A stretch of 64,000 bases of DNA from an uncultured Bacteroidota bacterium (lineage in GTDB: Bacteria > Bacteroidota > Bacteroidia > Bacteroidales > GCA-2748055): assembly GCA_937129385.1 (NCBI GenBank), contig CAKZNC010000113.1:5360-69359 (forward strand). The letters are read 5' to 3'. The position numbers and the translations under genes are program-made. Shown piece after piece: positions 1 to 8,707 of this stretch; position 1 is the first letter of the stretch; each line of letters begins with the position of its first letter. The notes beneath the pieces were generated by a model, which saw nothing but the letters and a program-made list of their open reading frames with translations, was not told the DNA's origin and made no database searches.

Positions 1-54
1 AGTCATTTCACAATAACCTCTCTTTTTTCTACATTTACCTCAAATTGATGATCA

Positions 55-483
55 GTGGGTGCAAAGAAGCATAAACTTTCTGTATCAATGGAGGAGGATT
101 ACTGCCTCCTGGGGATCGTATCGGATGAGCCGGACTATAAATTGTGCTGGTTGCTGAACCAGGCGCTGCATACCGATTTTACCAGGGAGGAAGACCTTGT
201 CCTGTTCAGTAAAAAACTTGGCGAGGACCAGGAGATCAGTCTGTTTACACACGAGGATGAGCAGCGAATGACCACCTACCGGGTCATCGTAAACAGGGCA
301 AATACCGGACATTACCTGTCGGAACTGAAGCAGATCGACTTCTTCCTGCACATACAGGGAGAGATCGATACGGAGCACATCGGGCAACTGATCAGCACGA
401 TTGGCCGGATCTCACCGGTGAGAATGTGCGTCCCCGTTAACCTGTCACTGATCAAAGACCGCCAGCGACTTCAGCTCTGGTAA
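55..483 (+). CDS. IPExxxVDY-family small conserved protein (Bacteroidota-specific)
   Basis: 142-aa ORF with a GTG start. The N-terminal KKHKL...DYCLLGIVSDEPDYKLCWLLN resembles the signature region of the IPExxxVDY family as I recall it. Confidence 0.5.
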   Translation: MGAKKHKLSVSMEEDYCLLGIVSDEPDYKLCWLLNQALHTDFTREEDLVLFSKKLGEDQEISLFTHEDEQRMTTYRVIVNRANTGHYLSELKQIDFFLHIQGEIDTEHIGQLISTIGRISPVRMCVPVNLSLIKDRQRLQLW

Positions 484-486
484 TTT

Positions 487-1716
487 TTAGCTGATCCAGG
501 CATAGAAGGGCTGGAGCACCGAATAAAACGGGAATTCAATGTAATTCTGGTAGCCCTCACTGTAGAGGCTGTTCATGGTTTTTCCCTGTGGAATCACCGG
601 GACAAACAATCTCCGGTAAAAAGGAAACAATCCGAATACCAGGTCAAAAACCATGTCAAGCAGGAAAAGCAATCCCGCAATCGCAATGTAACTGTATTCC
701 CCAAGCGATATGTCAAATCCTGGTCCTCTCTGACTTATGCTGAACAGGACGGCGATCCATACAGTGAGCTTAATGATCAGTGCCGGGGTCACCAGGTAAG
801 AGGTTTTTGAGTGGACACGCGTTATCTTCAGTATAAAAAAACTGGCAATTGACGCGGCCGCGATCCCAAATACCAGCCGCCACAACCAGCCCGTCAGCGG
901 AAAGAAAACCAGGAAAGAGAGGATGACAGCCACCTTTACCATGGAGCAGATCCTGTGTACAAATTCAGCCCTGGCGCTCCTGGGGATCACTACTTCTGAA
1001 GTTTTGTTGGTATACCGGGCACTGTGGTTCATCGCACCGTAGGAGATGGTTTTTATGTTCATGACCCGGACCATCCGTATCCTGAAGGATTTGCCGTCGG
1101 CTTTCCGGCCTTTTACATAACAGCAGTAATCTTTCGTTGGGTGGACAGGTGGTTTGCGAATGAAATTAAGAAGATCACTTCGGGTGGTATTGAAACTTCC
1201 AAGCGCGAACCAGGTTTTTCTTCCTTTGTAGATGTGCCAGGCCCCGAAAATACCCATGATGGAGAGAAAGATTGTGGCAAGGAACACGACAGGTTCCACC
1301 AGGATTCCCAGTATCACAGGAAGGATGGTGGCAACGATTGCAAGGAGGGGCAAAATGGCATGCAACAGGTACCTGCCCAGGAGCACAAGATCGTACCAGC
1401 CGCTTTTCCTGTAACGCTCCCGGGCCTCTTGCTCCTTGCGGATCCGGGCTCTTTCCCTGGATTTTACCTTTTCCCGGTCTTTCCTCAGGATATCCTTTGC
1501 GCGTTCATAATCACTGTCACGCTTGTACACCTTTGGTTCCGGTTCCAGCAAAGTGTTGTATGCCTGCGTGATCTCTATGAATTTTTCAGCAGCTCCGGGT
1601 GACTGGTTTACATCGGGATGATATTTTTTTACCAGTTTCCGGTAGGCATTCCTGACGTCGCGCCTTGATGCTCCAGGTTTGAGCCCGAGAATGGTATATG
1701 GAGATGCGGTACCCAT
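487..1716 (-). CDS. J-domain (DnaJ-like) polytopic membrane protein
   Basis: 409 aa with an ATG start. N-terminal J domain (YTILGLKPGASRRDVRNAYRKLVKKYHPDVN), then a basic/acidic linker and several hydrophobic segments. Confidence 0.8.
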   Translation of the reverse strand: MGTASPYTILGLKPGASRRDVRNAYRKLVKKYHPDVNQSPGAAEKFIEITQAYNTLLEPEPKVYKRDSDYERAKDILRKDREKVKSRERARIRKEQEARERYRKSGWYDLVLLGRYLLHAILPLLAIVATILPVILGILVEPVVFLATIFLSIMGIFGAWHIYKGRKTWFALGSFNTTRSDLLNFIRKPPVHPTKDYCCYVKGRKADGKSFRIRMVRVMNIKTISYGAMNHSARYTNKTSEVVIPRSARAEFVHRICSMVKVAVILSFLVFFPLTGWLWRLVFGIAAASIASFFILKITRVHSKTSYLVTPALIIKLTVWIAVLFSISQRGPGFDISLGEYSYIAIAGLLFLLDMVFDLVFGLFPFYRRLFVPVIPQGKTMNSLYSEGYQNYIEFPFYSVLQPFYAWIS

Positions 1717-1810
1717 CGGTTCACCGATTGATGATCAATATACGAATGTAATGTTTTCATCCCGAATCTGAAAGGCGGCATATTCCATCACCCCTGCAAA
1801 GCAATACAGG

Positions 1811-1848
1811 TAAAATAAAAAAGGCTGCCTGCGTGTAAGCAGACAACC
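1811..1848 (-). terminator. Rho-independent terminator, stronger on the minus strand
   Basis: Arms GGCTGCCTGC (1823-1832) and GCAGACAACC (1839-1848) with a 6-nt loop. On the minus strand the 10-bp stem is perfect, with two G-U pairs, and is followed by UUUUUUAUUUUA. On the plus strand the stem has two C-A mismatches. Confidence 0.55.
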
Positions 1849-1862
1849 TTTTTAAAACGCAC

Positions 1863-1882
1863 CCTAAACCTAAACCTAAACC
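1863..1882. repeat. (CCTAAA)x3.3 hexanucleotide tandem repeat
   Basis: Read directly: cctaaa cctaaa cctaaa cc. It sits immediately next to the terminator hairpin. Confidence 0.9.
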
Positions 1883-2019
1883 TTATTATTTATCTGATTT
1901 GTTTTATCAATTGCTCCGTGTTGCAATTGTTGATACAAATCTACATCAGAAAAGCGTTAGCAAGCCTTAACAGATGTTAAAGATTGTTAAGCCGGTGAAT
2001 CACATGGAAAAAACAGCGC

Positions 2020-2027
2020 TATCTTTG
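2020..2027 (+). promoter_or_regulatory. Candidate Bacteroidota -7 promoter box (TATCTTTG)
   Basis: Matches the TAnnTTTG consensus of Bacteroides primary-sigma promoters. It ends 5 nt before the kinase ATG at 2033, implying a leaderless or very short-leader mRNA. Confidence 0.3.
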
Positions 2028-2032
2028 TTCAT

Positions 2033-3604
2033 ATGAGCAAGCGGGTTTTGTGGATACTTACCATCGCTCTCAGTGTGACACTGGTGGGCCTGAGCTATAT
2101 TCAGATCAGCTGGATACGCAACGCCATTGATCTGAAGGACAAACAGTTCCAGCAGCTGGTAAACAATACGCTTTCAGATGTTTCCCGACAGCTGGAGCAC
2201 TATTATACTGCCCGCAGGATGAATGCGATCATACGGGAGCAGTTGTCGGATGAGTCGGAAATCGAGTGGAAGATCGAGGTTGATCCGGAAGATCCGGACA
2301 TGATCCTGGACAGTTTGCAGGGCATGGAGTTGGAATTGCAAGGCCTCTCCGGGGCGCAATATGAAGAGATGGTTGAAATTGTCGGGGATTCTGTCATTGT
2401 CATCAACCATTCCGGGGGCAAACGTATTGATACGATTAATCTTTCCCGCTATCACGACCTGGTCAGCAGGGAACAGCTGGAGGCGTCCCTCCAGAAACAA
2501 CAGGTGCTTGTTACCACGATCATGCGGAGGATGTTGCTTGAAGATGTCGCCTTTGAGAAGCGGGTGGACAAAAAGCAGCTGGAGAAGATCCTTTCAAAGA
2601 ACCTGTTGGACAAGGGCATCGGACTGGATTACGAGTACGCGGTGATACAGGATGACCAGGACAAGTTGTATATGTCCGACAATTTCAGACAGTTTGCCGA
2701 TTTCTACTATTACCGTACCAGTCTGCTCAACGCTGAGATCCTGAAGGACAACACCTATCTCTACCTCTATTTCCCGGAGCAGCAATCGCTGGTCAGGGGA
2801 TCACTCGGATTCCTGGCTACCTCTACGTTGGTGCTGACCGTGCTGATGATCCTGCTTTTTACGCTGGCCCTGTTTGTGATCTTCAGGCAGAAGCGGTTGT
2901 CGGACATCAAGAATGATTTCGTTAACAACATGACCCATGAGCTGAAGACGCCGATCTCCACGATCAGCCTGGCCTCGCAGATGCTTAATGACAACTCGAT
3001 ACCGGTTGAAAAGAAAAACCTGGGGCATATTTCAAGGATCATCCAGACAGAAAGCAAGCGGCTGGGCTACCAGGTAGAGCGCGTCTTGCAGATGGCAGTC
3101 CTTGACCAGGGACACCTTGTCCTGAAGAAAACACCGGTTGAGATACGTGAGATCCTCTCTGCAGTCATACACAATTTTAAACTGCAGGTGGAGAATCAGC
3201 AGGGGATCCTTGTTTTTGAGGATACAGAAGAAGATGTCATGGTAGAGGGAGACCGGGTACACCTGATGAATGTCATGACCAACCTGGTAGACAATGCCAT
3301 CAAGTACAGCAAGGAAAAGCCTGAAGTAAGCGTATCAATGAAGACGGTGGGTGATCAACTATTGATCGGCGTAAAAGATAACGGAATCGGGATCAGCAAG
3401 GAGAATCAGAAAAAGATATTTGACCGGTTCTACCGCGTCTCCACAGGCAATGTGCATGATGTCAAGGGATTCGGCCTGGGACTAAGCTATGTAAAACTGA
3501 TCGTCGAGCAACATGGCGGATCCATTGGTGTGAAAAGTGAATTGAATAAAGGAACAGAATTTGATGTGTTTCTCCCGTTATATAATGAAAATCCTGAATC
3601 ATGA
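2033..3604 (+). CDS. Two-component sensor histidine kinase (RprX-like)
   Basis: 523 aa. N-terminal TM segment, extracytoplasmic region of about 230 aa, second TM segment, H-box FVNNMTHELKTPIS, and HATPase motifs (VDNAIKYS, DNGIGI, GFGLGLSYV). Overlaps the downstream regulator by 4 nt (ATGA). Confidence 0.92.
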   Translation: MSKRVLWILTIALSVTLVGLSYIQISWIRNAIDLKDKQFQQLVNNTLSDVSRQLEHYYTARRMNAIIREQLSDESEIEWKIEVDPEDPDMILDSLQGMELELQGLSGAQYEEMVEIVGDSVIVINHSGGKRIDTINLSRYHDLVSREQLEASLQKQQVLVTTIMRRMLLEDVAFEKRVDKKQLEKILSKNLLDKGIGLDYEYAVIQDDQDKLYMSDNFRQFADFYYYRTSLLNAEILKDNTYLYLYFPEQQSLVRGSLGFLATSTLVLTVLMILLFTLALFVIFRQKRLSDIKNDFVNNMTHELKTPISTISLASQMLNDNSIPVEKKNLGHISRIIQTESKRLGYQVERVLQMAVLDQGHLVLKKTPVEIREILSAVIHNFKLQVENQQGILVFEDTEEDVMVEGDRVHLMNVMTNLVDNAIKYSKEKPEVSVSMKTVGDQLLIGVKDNGIGISKENQKKIFDRFYRVSTGNVHDVKGFGLGLSYVKLIVEQHGGSIGVKSELNKGTEFDVFLPLYNENPES

Positions 3605-4302
3605 AAGAGATAAAAACACGCGTCCTGCTTGCCGAGGATGATGAGAACCTGGGTTCGCTCTTGCAGGAGTACCTGCAGGCAAAAGATTTTGAAACTGATT
3701 GGGTGGTCAATGGAGACAAGGCCTTCAGGTATTTCGAACAGTACCATTATGACCTCTGTATCTTTGATGTGATGATGCCCGTGAAAGACGGATTTTCACT
3801 GGCTTCGGATATCCGGGTGCTGAACAGTAAGATCCCGATCATTTTCCTTACAGCAAAGTCGATGAAAGATGACGTGCTGGAAGGGTTCAGCAGGGGTGCG
3901 GACGATTATATTACCAAGCCGTTCAGCATGGAAGAGCTGCTTTTCAGGATCGAAGCGATCCTTAGGCGGACAAAAGGGAAGAAGGGAGAGGAGAAGCAGG
4001 TATGGAATATTGGCAAGTTCAGTTTCGACGTGAAGAAGCAAGAGTTACGCCTGGGTGAGAAGCGGCAGAAGCTTACTACAAAGGAGTCAGATCTGCTGAA
4101 GCTGCTCAGCAATAACATGAACGAGGTCCTCGAGCGTAATTTTGCCCTTAAGGCGATATGGATAGATGACAATTACTTCAATGCCAGGAGCATGGATGTG
4201 TACATTACGAAGCTCAGGAAATACCTGAAGGAAGATCCGCAGGTTCAGATCATCAATGTGCATGGCAAGGGGTACAAACTGGTTGTTGATGATGAGAAAT
4301 AA
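3601..4302 (+). CDS. OmpR/PhoB-family response regulator (RprY-like)
   Basis: 233 aa. Receiver domain (VLLAEDDENL, FDVMMPVKDG, LTAKS) plus a winged-helix C-terminus (VYITKLRKYL...HGKGYKL). Confidence 0.93.
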   Translation: MKEIKTRVLLAEDDENLGSLLQEYLQAKDFETDWVVNGDKAFRYFEQYHYDLCIFDVMMPVKDGFSLASDIRVLNSKIPIIFLTAKSMKDDVLEGFSRGADDYITKPFSMEELLFRIEAILRRTKGKKGEEKQVWNIGKFSFDVKKQELRLGEKRQKLTTKESDLLKLLSNNMNEVLERNFALKAIWIDDNYFNARSMDVYITKLRKYLKEDPQVQIINVHGKGYKLVVDDEK

Positions 4303-4303
4303 G

Positions 4304-4534
4304 ATGAACAAAAACCTGGGGGGAGACCGCACCGACCGGATCTTCAGGAACAGCATGCTGGCGACGGGGATCCTGACCGCGCTCCTGTTCCTGGGTTCCC
4401 TGGTTGCCCTGGCAGAGTTCCCCGGGGCATTTTCCTGGCTCGCAATAGGAATGATCGGAGTTGCACTCGTTTTCCTGGTATTGCGGACCATTTACAGGTA
4501 CAGGAGCACCTTCAGGGTGAAAGAGAAAAAATAA
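4304..4534 (+). CDS. Small hypothetical two-TM membrane protein
   Basis: The ORF track gives 4256..4534, overlapping the regulator. The internal ATG at 4304 (MNKNLGGDR...) starts right after the regulator stop. Two hydrophobic segments; followed by a strong terminator. Confidence 0.4.
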   Translation: MNKNLGGDRTDRIFRNSMLATGILTALLFLGSLVALAEFPGAFSWLAIGMIGVALVFLVLRTIYRYRSTFRVKEKK

Positions 4535-4538
4535 AAAA

Positions 4539-4567
4539 AGCCACCCGGTTCCAGGTGGCTTTTCTTT
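4539..4567. terminator. Bidirectional intrinsic terminator between convergent genes
   Basis: AGCCACCCGG tt CCAGGTGGCT hairpin with one mismatch, flanked by an A-run upstream and TTTCTTT downstream. It lies between the + operon end (4534) and the minus exbD end (4586). Confidence 0.8.
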
Positions 4568-4585
4568 GCATGAAATAAATACTGT

Positions 4586-5089
4586 TTAGAAGGATCCGCG
4601 TCCCTGCTCTTCGTAATCCTTGCGGGCCGAATAATTGATGATCAGTGCTTTTGCTCTTCGCAGTGCCTGTTTGACATCATCAACCTTGCCCATGGGGATG
4701 TCCTGGTCGATCCGCAATGACATTACCATCTTGTTCTTTTCGTTCTCGGGTAATTTCTCACGTTCGCTCAGCACAAAGTCCTGCACAGATTCTGTAGGTA
4801 TTCCCTCCTCATTAACGAGCTTGTCATTCATCTGTATCATTGGTTCCGATCCGTACAGCCCCTGCAGGTGTTTTGCCGGGCGGCCGATATAGATGTAGCT
4901 CACCAGTGATTTCTGTTCAAGTTTTTTCACTTCCGACACTTCTGTGGGAGTGATCTGTACCTGTACCTCTGTCTCTCTCATGGTTGTTGATACCATGAAG
5001 AAGAAGAGCAGCATGAATATGATATCAGGAAGGGAAGATGTATTGATCTTCTGTGCACCCTGTCCTTTTTTCCTTATAAATTTAGCCAT
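4586..5089 (-). CDS. exbD: ExbD/TolR-family biopolymer transport protein
   Basis: 167 aa. N-terminal motif INTSSLPDIIFMLLFFFMV is typical of ExbD/TolR. Its ATG overlaps the upstream stop codon by 1 nt. Confidence 0.88.
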   Translation of the reverse strand: MAKFIRKKGQGAQKINTSSLPDIIFMLLFFFMVSTTMRETEVQVQITPTEVSEVKKLEQKSLVSYIYIGRPAKHLQGLYGSEPMIQMNDKLVNEEGIPTESVQDFVLSEREKLPENEKNKMVMSLRIDQDIPMGKVDDVKQALRRAKALIINYSARKDYEEQGRGSF

Positions 5090-5724
5090 TAGTTCAGCCC
5101 TTTAATGTTTTTAGGTGTTGCTTCAGAGATGTTCATTTTGTATACGTCCCTGATTGCTTCTGCGATCTCCTTATCCCTTGGGTTGTTCATATTGAGATCA
5201 TCGTAATCTTTATCGAAATAAAGCTTACAGAAATTTTGTCTCAACTGGTTAACAGCCGCAACAAGTTCATTCTGCACCAGCAGGTATTTCTGGTAGGTGG
5301 TTGACCTGTCGTTTTGCAGGGAGATCACGCCTTTTGAGACATCACCTCTCCATACACCGTCGGGAGGAAGCAATGGAGATGATCCCCGTGGAAACTCGAC
5401 CTCTTTTGGTTCCATTTCAGGAAGATTTTGATCGTCGGCCGGGTTGGTGAAGAACTCCATGGTAATGTCTTTCAACTGGTCCAGCCGCGTTCCGAATTCC
5501 CCGTCGACCATCAACTGGTCGTTCCTGTTGATCAAGACCACGAGGACGTTCCGTTCCTTTACTTTCACCTCCTGTTTCTCTTCCTCTTCCGGTATGGGAG
5601 GAAGCAGTCGGGTCAGCCCGGTATCGACATCCATCGTAGTGGCAACCAGGAAGAAGATCAGCAACAGGAAGGCAATGTCGGCCATTGATCCTGCATTAAT
5701 CTCTTGTAATTCTCTCTTTGCCAT
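5089..5724 (-). CDS. exbD: ExbD/TolR-family biopolymer transport protein (long form)
   Basis: INAGSMADIAFLLLIFFLV motif. The track start at 5733 is TTG; I use the ATG at 5724 (MAKRELQEIN). Confidence 0.85.
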   Translation of the reverse strand: MAKRELQEINAGSMADIAFLLLIFFLVATTMDVDTGLTRLLPPIPEEEEKQEVKVKERNVLVVLINRNDQLMVDGEFGTRLDQLKDITMEFFTNPADDQNLPEMEPKEVEFPRGSSPLLPPDGVWRGDVSKGVISLQNDRSTTYQKYLLVQNELVAAVNQLRQNFCKLYFDKDYDDLNMNNPRDKEIAEAIRDVYKMNISEATPKNIKGLN

Positions 5725-5778
5725 TGGTTTCAATTTAAAGGGTCCCCGTTTATATATATAACGGGGATCCCTGGAATA

Positions 5779-6453
5779 TTATTTGAATAAGTTAGCAACT
5801 TCGGAATAGAGTATCGATAACAATGCAAGTCCGAAAATGATGTAGGTTGAGAACAACCCTGTTCCGATCCATTTCAGCGTTGTCGGGTCACTGTTGTCAG
5901 TGCCGGTATAACCGAGAATGTCGATGGTAGCGTCGGAAGCAAACACAAAATAGGAGACCAGCAGGAGCACTGCGGCACCGGCCAGGAGGGCCAGGAGTCT
6001 CAGGATTGCTTTCAGATCCGTGACAATTGTTATCAGGGGGAACAATAATGCAGCGATGGCAGCGATTGCCAGGAGTATATAAGCCCATTTGAGCGCGTAA
6101 TCCGTACGCTTGTACACCATAAGTTCCCAAGTACCCAGGTATTCACTGAGGTCTACTTCCTCGAGTGATACATCTTCAACAGCAGCAGCCAGTACCACTG
6201 TGTCTGCATCGCTATCCATTGCAGCGGAATCTGCCATCGCCATACCGGCGCTGTCCGATGCCGTGGTGTCTGCAGCTGCGGTTTCAGCAGGAGCCGAAAC
6301 CATCTCCTCGCCTGTAGTCGTCAGTTTATCCACCTGGGCTTCGATCGCGTCGATATCGACGGTCCGCGGACCAATGTAGAAGAACAGGATGACTATCAGC
6401 GATATCGCTGCAACCACATATAGTGCGATTGATGATATTTTAGAATTAGACAT
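5779..6453 (-). CDS. Hypothetical membrane protein with an Ala/Asp/Thr-rich low-complexity linker
   Basis: 224 aa. N-terminal TM segment, acidic low-complexity stretch (ETAAADTTASDSAGMAMADSAAMDSDAD), and three C-terminal TM segments. Embedded in the exbB-exbD operon. Confidence 0.6.
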   Translation of the reverse strand: MSNSKISSIALYVVAAISLIVILFFYIGPRTVDIDAIEAQVDKLTTTGEEMVSAPAETAAADTTASDSAGMAMADSAAMDSDADTVVLAAAVEDVSLEEVDLSEYLGTWELMVYKRTDYALKWAYILLAIAAIAALLFPLITIVTDLKAILRLLALLAGAAVLLLVSYFVFASDATIDILGYTGTDNSDPTTLKWIGTGLFSTYIIFGLALLSILYSEVANLFK

Positions 6454-6464
6454 AGTCTGTAATT

Positions 6465-7286
6465 TTATTTTTTAAGATTGTGCTTTACCAACATGTCAAC
6501 AAGTGAAATGGAAGCATCTTCCATACGGTTCACGATTGAATCCACCTTGGAGATCAGGTAGTTGTAGAAGAACTGCAGGATGATCGCAACGATCAGACCA
6601 GTTACCGTGGTAATCAGGGCAATCTTGATACCACCGGCCACAACTGTCGGAGAAACGTCTCCCTGTTCCTGGATCTTGTCAAATGCCTTGATCATACCGA
6701 TTACAGTACCCATGAAACCAAGCATCGGTGCAACTGCAATAAACAGTGAGATCCATGACAGGTTCTTCTCCAGAAGTCCCATTTGCACACTTCCGTATGA
6801 TACGACGGATTTTTCAACTACGTCAATTCCCTGGTCGGCCCGGTCGAGTCCCTGGTAGAAGATACTCGCAACAGGTCCGCGTGCGTTACGGCAAACCTCC
6901 TTGGCTGCTTCAACACCACCCTCTTCGAGAGCTTCTTCAACTGCAAGAAGCAGTTTTTCAGTGTTTGTTGAGGCAAGACTCAGGTAGATCACCCGCTCAA
7001 ATGCAAGGGCAAGACCAAAAATAAGGGTCATCAGTACAGCACCCATAAAACCGGCACCACCCTCAATAAATTTCGTTTTCAGATTTGTGTGTAATACGCT
7101 CAGCCCACCTTTTTCTTCCTCCTCAACAACAGGAGTTTCTTCCTGAGTGGTCATTGACTGATCCTCCTGTGCTGACATTGTTGTATCGTCAGCAACGGAA
7201 TCTGTCGCCGGATCATCCTGAGCAAATGCAGATGCTCCCATCATAAGCATCCCGAAAACTGCTATTAATGCAAATAGTTTTTTCAT
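6465..7286 (-). CDS. exbB: MotA/TolQ/ExbB proton-channel family protein
   Basis: 273 aa. Signal peptide, acidic N-terminal extension, then the ExbB core (FIAVAPMLGFMGTVIGMIKAF). Confidence 0.9.
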   Translation of the reverse strand: MKKLFALIAVFGMLMMGASAFAQDDPATDSVADDTTMSAQEDQSMTTQEETPVVEEEEKGGLSVLHTNLKTKFIEGGAGFMGAVLMTLIFGLALAFERVIYLSLASTNTEKLLLAVEEALEEGGVEAAKEVCRNARGPVASIFYQGLDRADQGIDVVEKSVVSYGSVQMGLLEKNLSWISLFIAVAPMLGFMGTVIGMIKAFDKIQEQGDVSPTVVAGGIKIALITTVTGLIVAIILQFFYNYLISKVDSIVNRMEDASISLVDMLVKHNLKK

Positions 7287-7367
7287 TGTTGTTAATGTTT
7301 GTTATACTTAATTATTAAACGTTTTATTTGACCTGTTATTTTGTTGGTGTTGTTGGTGTTATTTATG

Positions 7368-7455
7368 CGGAGAGGGAGGGATTCGAACCCTCGGTACCCT
7401 TTAGAGGTACACACGCTTTCCAGGCGTGCCAGTTAAGCCACTCCTGCACCTCTCC
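7368..7455 (-). tRNA. tRNA-Ser (anticodon GGA)
   Basis: The reverse complement reads GGAGAGG-TG-...CACGC CTGGAAA GCGTG...long variable arm...GAGGG TTCGAAT CCCTC-CCTCTCC-G. Full cloverleaf with a class II variable arm. CCA is not encoded. Confidence 0.95.
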
Positions 7456-7670
7456 AATTCCAGGGTTCGCACCCTTTGTGTTATTCCATCCTGTTTAAGA
7501 ACGTTGATTCATGACAATTCGCAGCTGCATTATCTTCATTTGCAATCCTGCATGCTGCAGTCCGTCTTCTGATAAGATGCACATACTTAGTCATGAACGC
7601 CCGATTCGCTAAATTACTGAATTGTAAAGAGAATCGCGGCGCAAAATACAAAAAAAAAATAAAAATTCAG

Positions 7671-8705
7671 TTAGTGCGGTGTTATTTCTCCCTTGAGCGA
7701 TTTATTTAAAAGCATTTTAATCTCATCACTCGAAAGGCTTTGTGCAAGGAGGATCATTAATTTGGTGGTAGCAGCCTCAGTAGTAAGGTCATAGCCACTG
7801 ATCACCCCCGCCTCCAGCAGTGTCCTGCTTGTATGGTAGCGTCCCAGTTCAACGCTGCCGCGGCTGCATTGTGTGACATCCAGGAGGATGATCCCCTTCT
7901 CCACGGCCTTCCGGATCCGCCTGATGAACCACTCCTCCGATGGTGCATTCCCCGATCCGTAAGTCTCGAGGATCACAGCCCTGAGGTTCTCGATCCCGAG
8001 GATACTGTCCATGTATTTCCGGTTGATTCCCGGGAACAACTTGATAATGGTGAGCTGGTCGGAAAAGTCACGGTGAACCACCAGGGGCTCTACCTTCTCC
8101 GGGGATCGGATGAACTCGCGGTTGAACACCAGGTTGACCCCCGCCTTGGCGAGGTAGGGGTAGTTGGCCGACTGGAACGCATTGAAGTGTTCAGCATTTA
8201 CTTTGGTGGTGCGGTTGCCGCGATATAATTTGCTTTCAAAATAGATGCATACCTCGGGGACAACCGGCTTTCCTTCTTCCAACGAAGCAGCGATCTCTAC
8301 CGCGGTGAGCAGGTTCTCCTTTCCGTCGGTCCGCAAGGTCCCGATCGGTAACTGCGCACCTGTAAAAATCACGGGCTTGGAGAGATTCTCAAGCATGAAG
8401 CTGAGGGCTGAGGCCGAATAGGCCATCGTATCGGTCCCGTGGAGGATAACAAACCCGAGGTATTTATCGTAGTTCTTCTCAATGATATCAGCGATCTCAA
8501 TCCAGAAACCGGGATGGATGTCGGACGAATCCACGGGCGACTTGAACTGGATCGTGTCGATGCCGAAATCAAATCGCTGCAGCTCCGGGATCTTCTCCGT
8601 GACATTCGAAAAATCAAAAGGTCTGAGCGACCCGTTCGCCGGATCTTTCTCCATCCCAATGGTTCCGCCTGTATGGATCAGCAGTATTTTTGTCTCCTTT
8701 TCCAT
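7671..8705 (-). CDS. ansA: Type I (cytoplasmic) L-asparaginase
   Basis: 344 aa with LLIHTGGTIGM and ILHGTDTMAYSASALSF active-site motifs. Confidence 0.9.
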   Translation of the reverse strand: MEKETKILLIHTGGTIGMEKDPANGSLRPFDFSNVTEKIPELQRFDFGIDTIQFKSPVDSSDIHPGFWIEIADIIEKNYDKYLGFVILHGTDTMAYSASALSFMLENLSKPVIFTGAQLPIGTLRTDGKENLLTAVEIAASLEEGKPVVPEVCIYFESKLYRGNRTTKVNAEHFNAFQSANYPYLAKAGVNLVFNREFIRSPEKVEPLVVHRDFSDQLTIIKLFPGINRKYMDSILGIENLRAVILETYGSGNAPSEEWFIRRIRKAVEKGIILLDVTQCSRGSVELGRYHTSRTLLEAGVISGYDLTTEAATTKLMILLAQSLSSDEIKMLLNKSLKGEITPH

Positions 8706-8707
8706 TA

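Noticed and set aside
1863-1882. (CCTAAA)3, which resembles the complement of plant-type telomere repeats (TTTAGGG) and could suggest eukaryotic or linear-replicon ends.
   Set aside because: There are only 3.3 hexamer units, the period is 6 rather than 7, and it is internal to a bacterial intergenic region between clearly bacterial genes.
7287-7670. tRNA-Ser as an integration hotspot: I looked for an integrase, a direct repeat of the tRNA 3' end, or an island boundary.
   Set aside because: There is no integrase or recombinase ORF, no duplicated tRNA 3' segment nearby, and both flanks are housekeeping genes (exbB, ansA).
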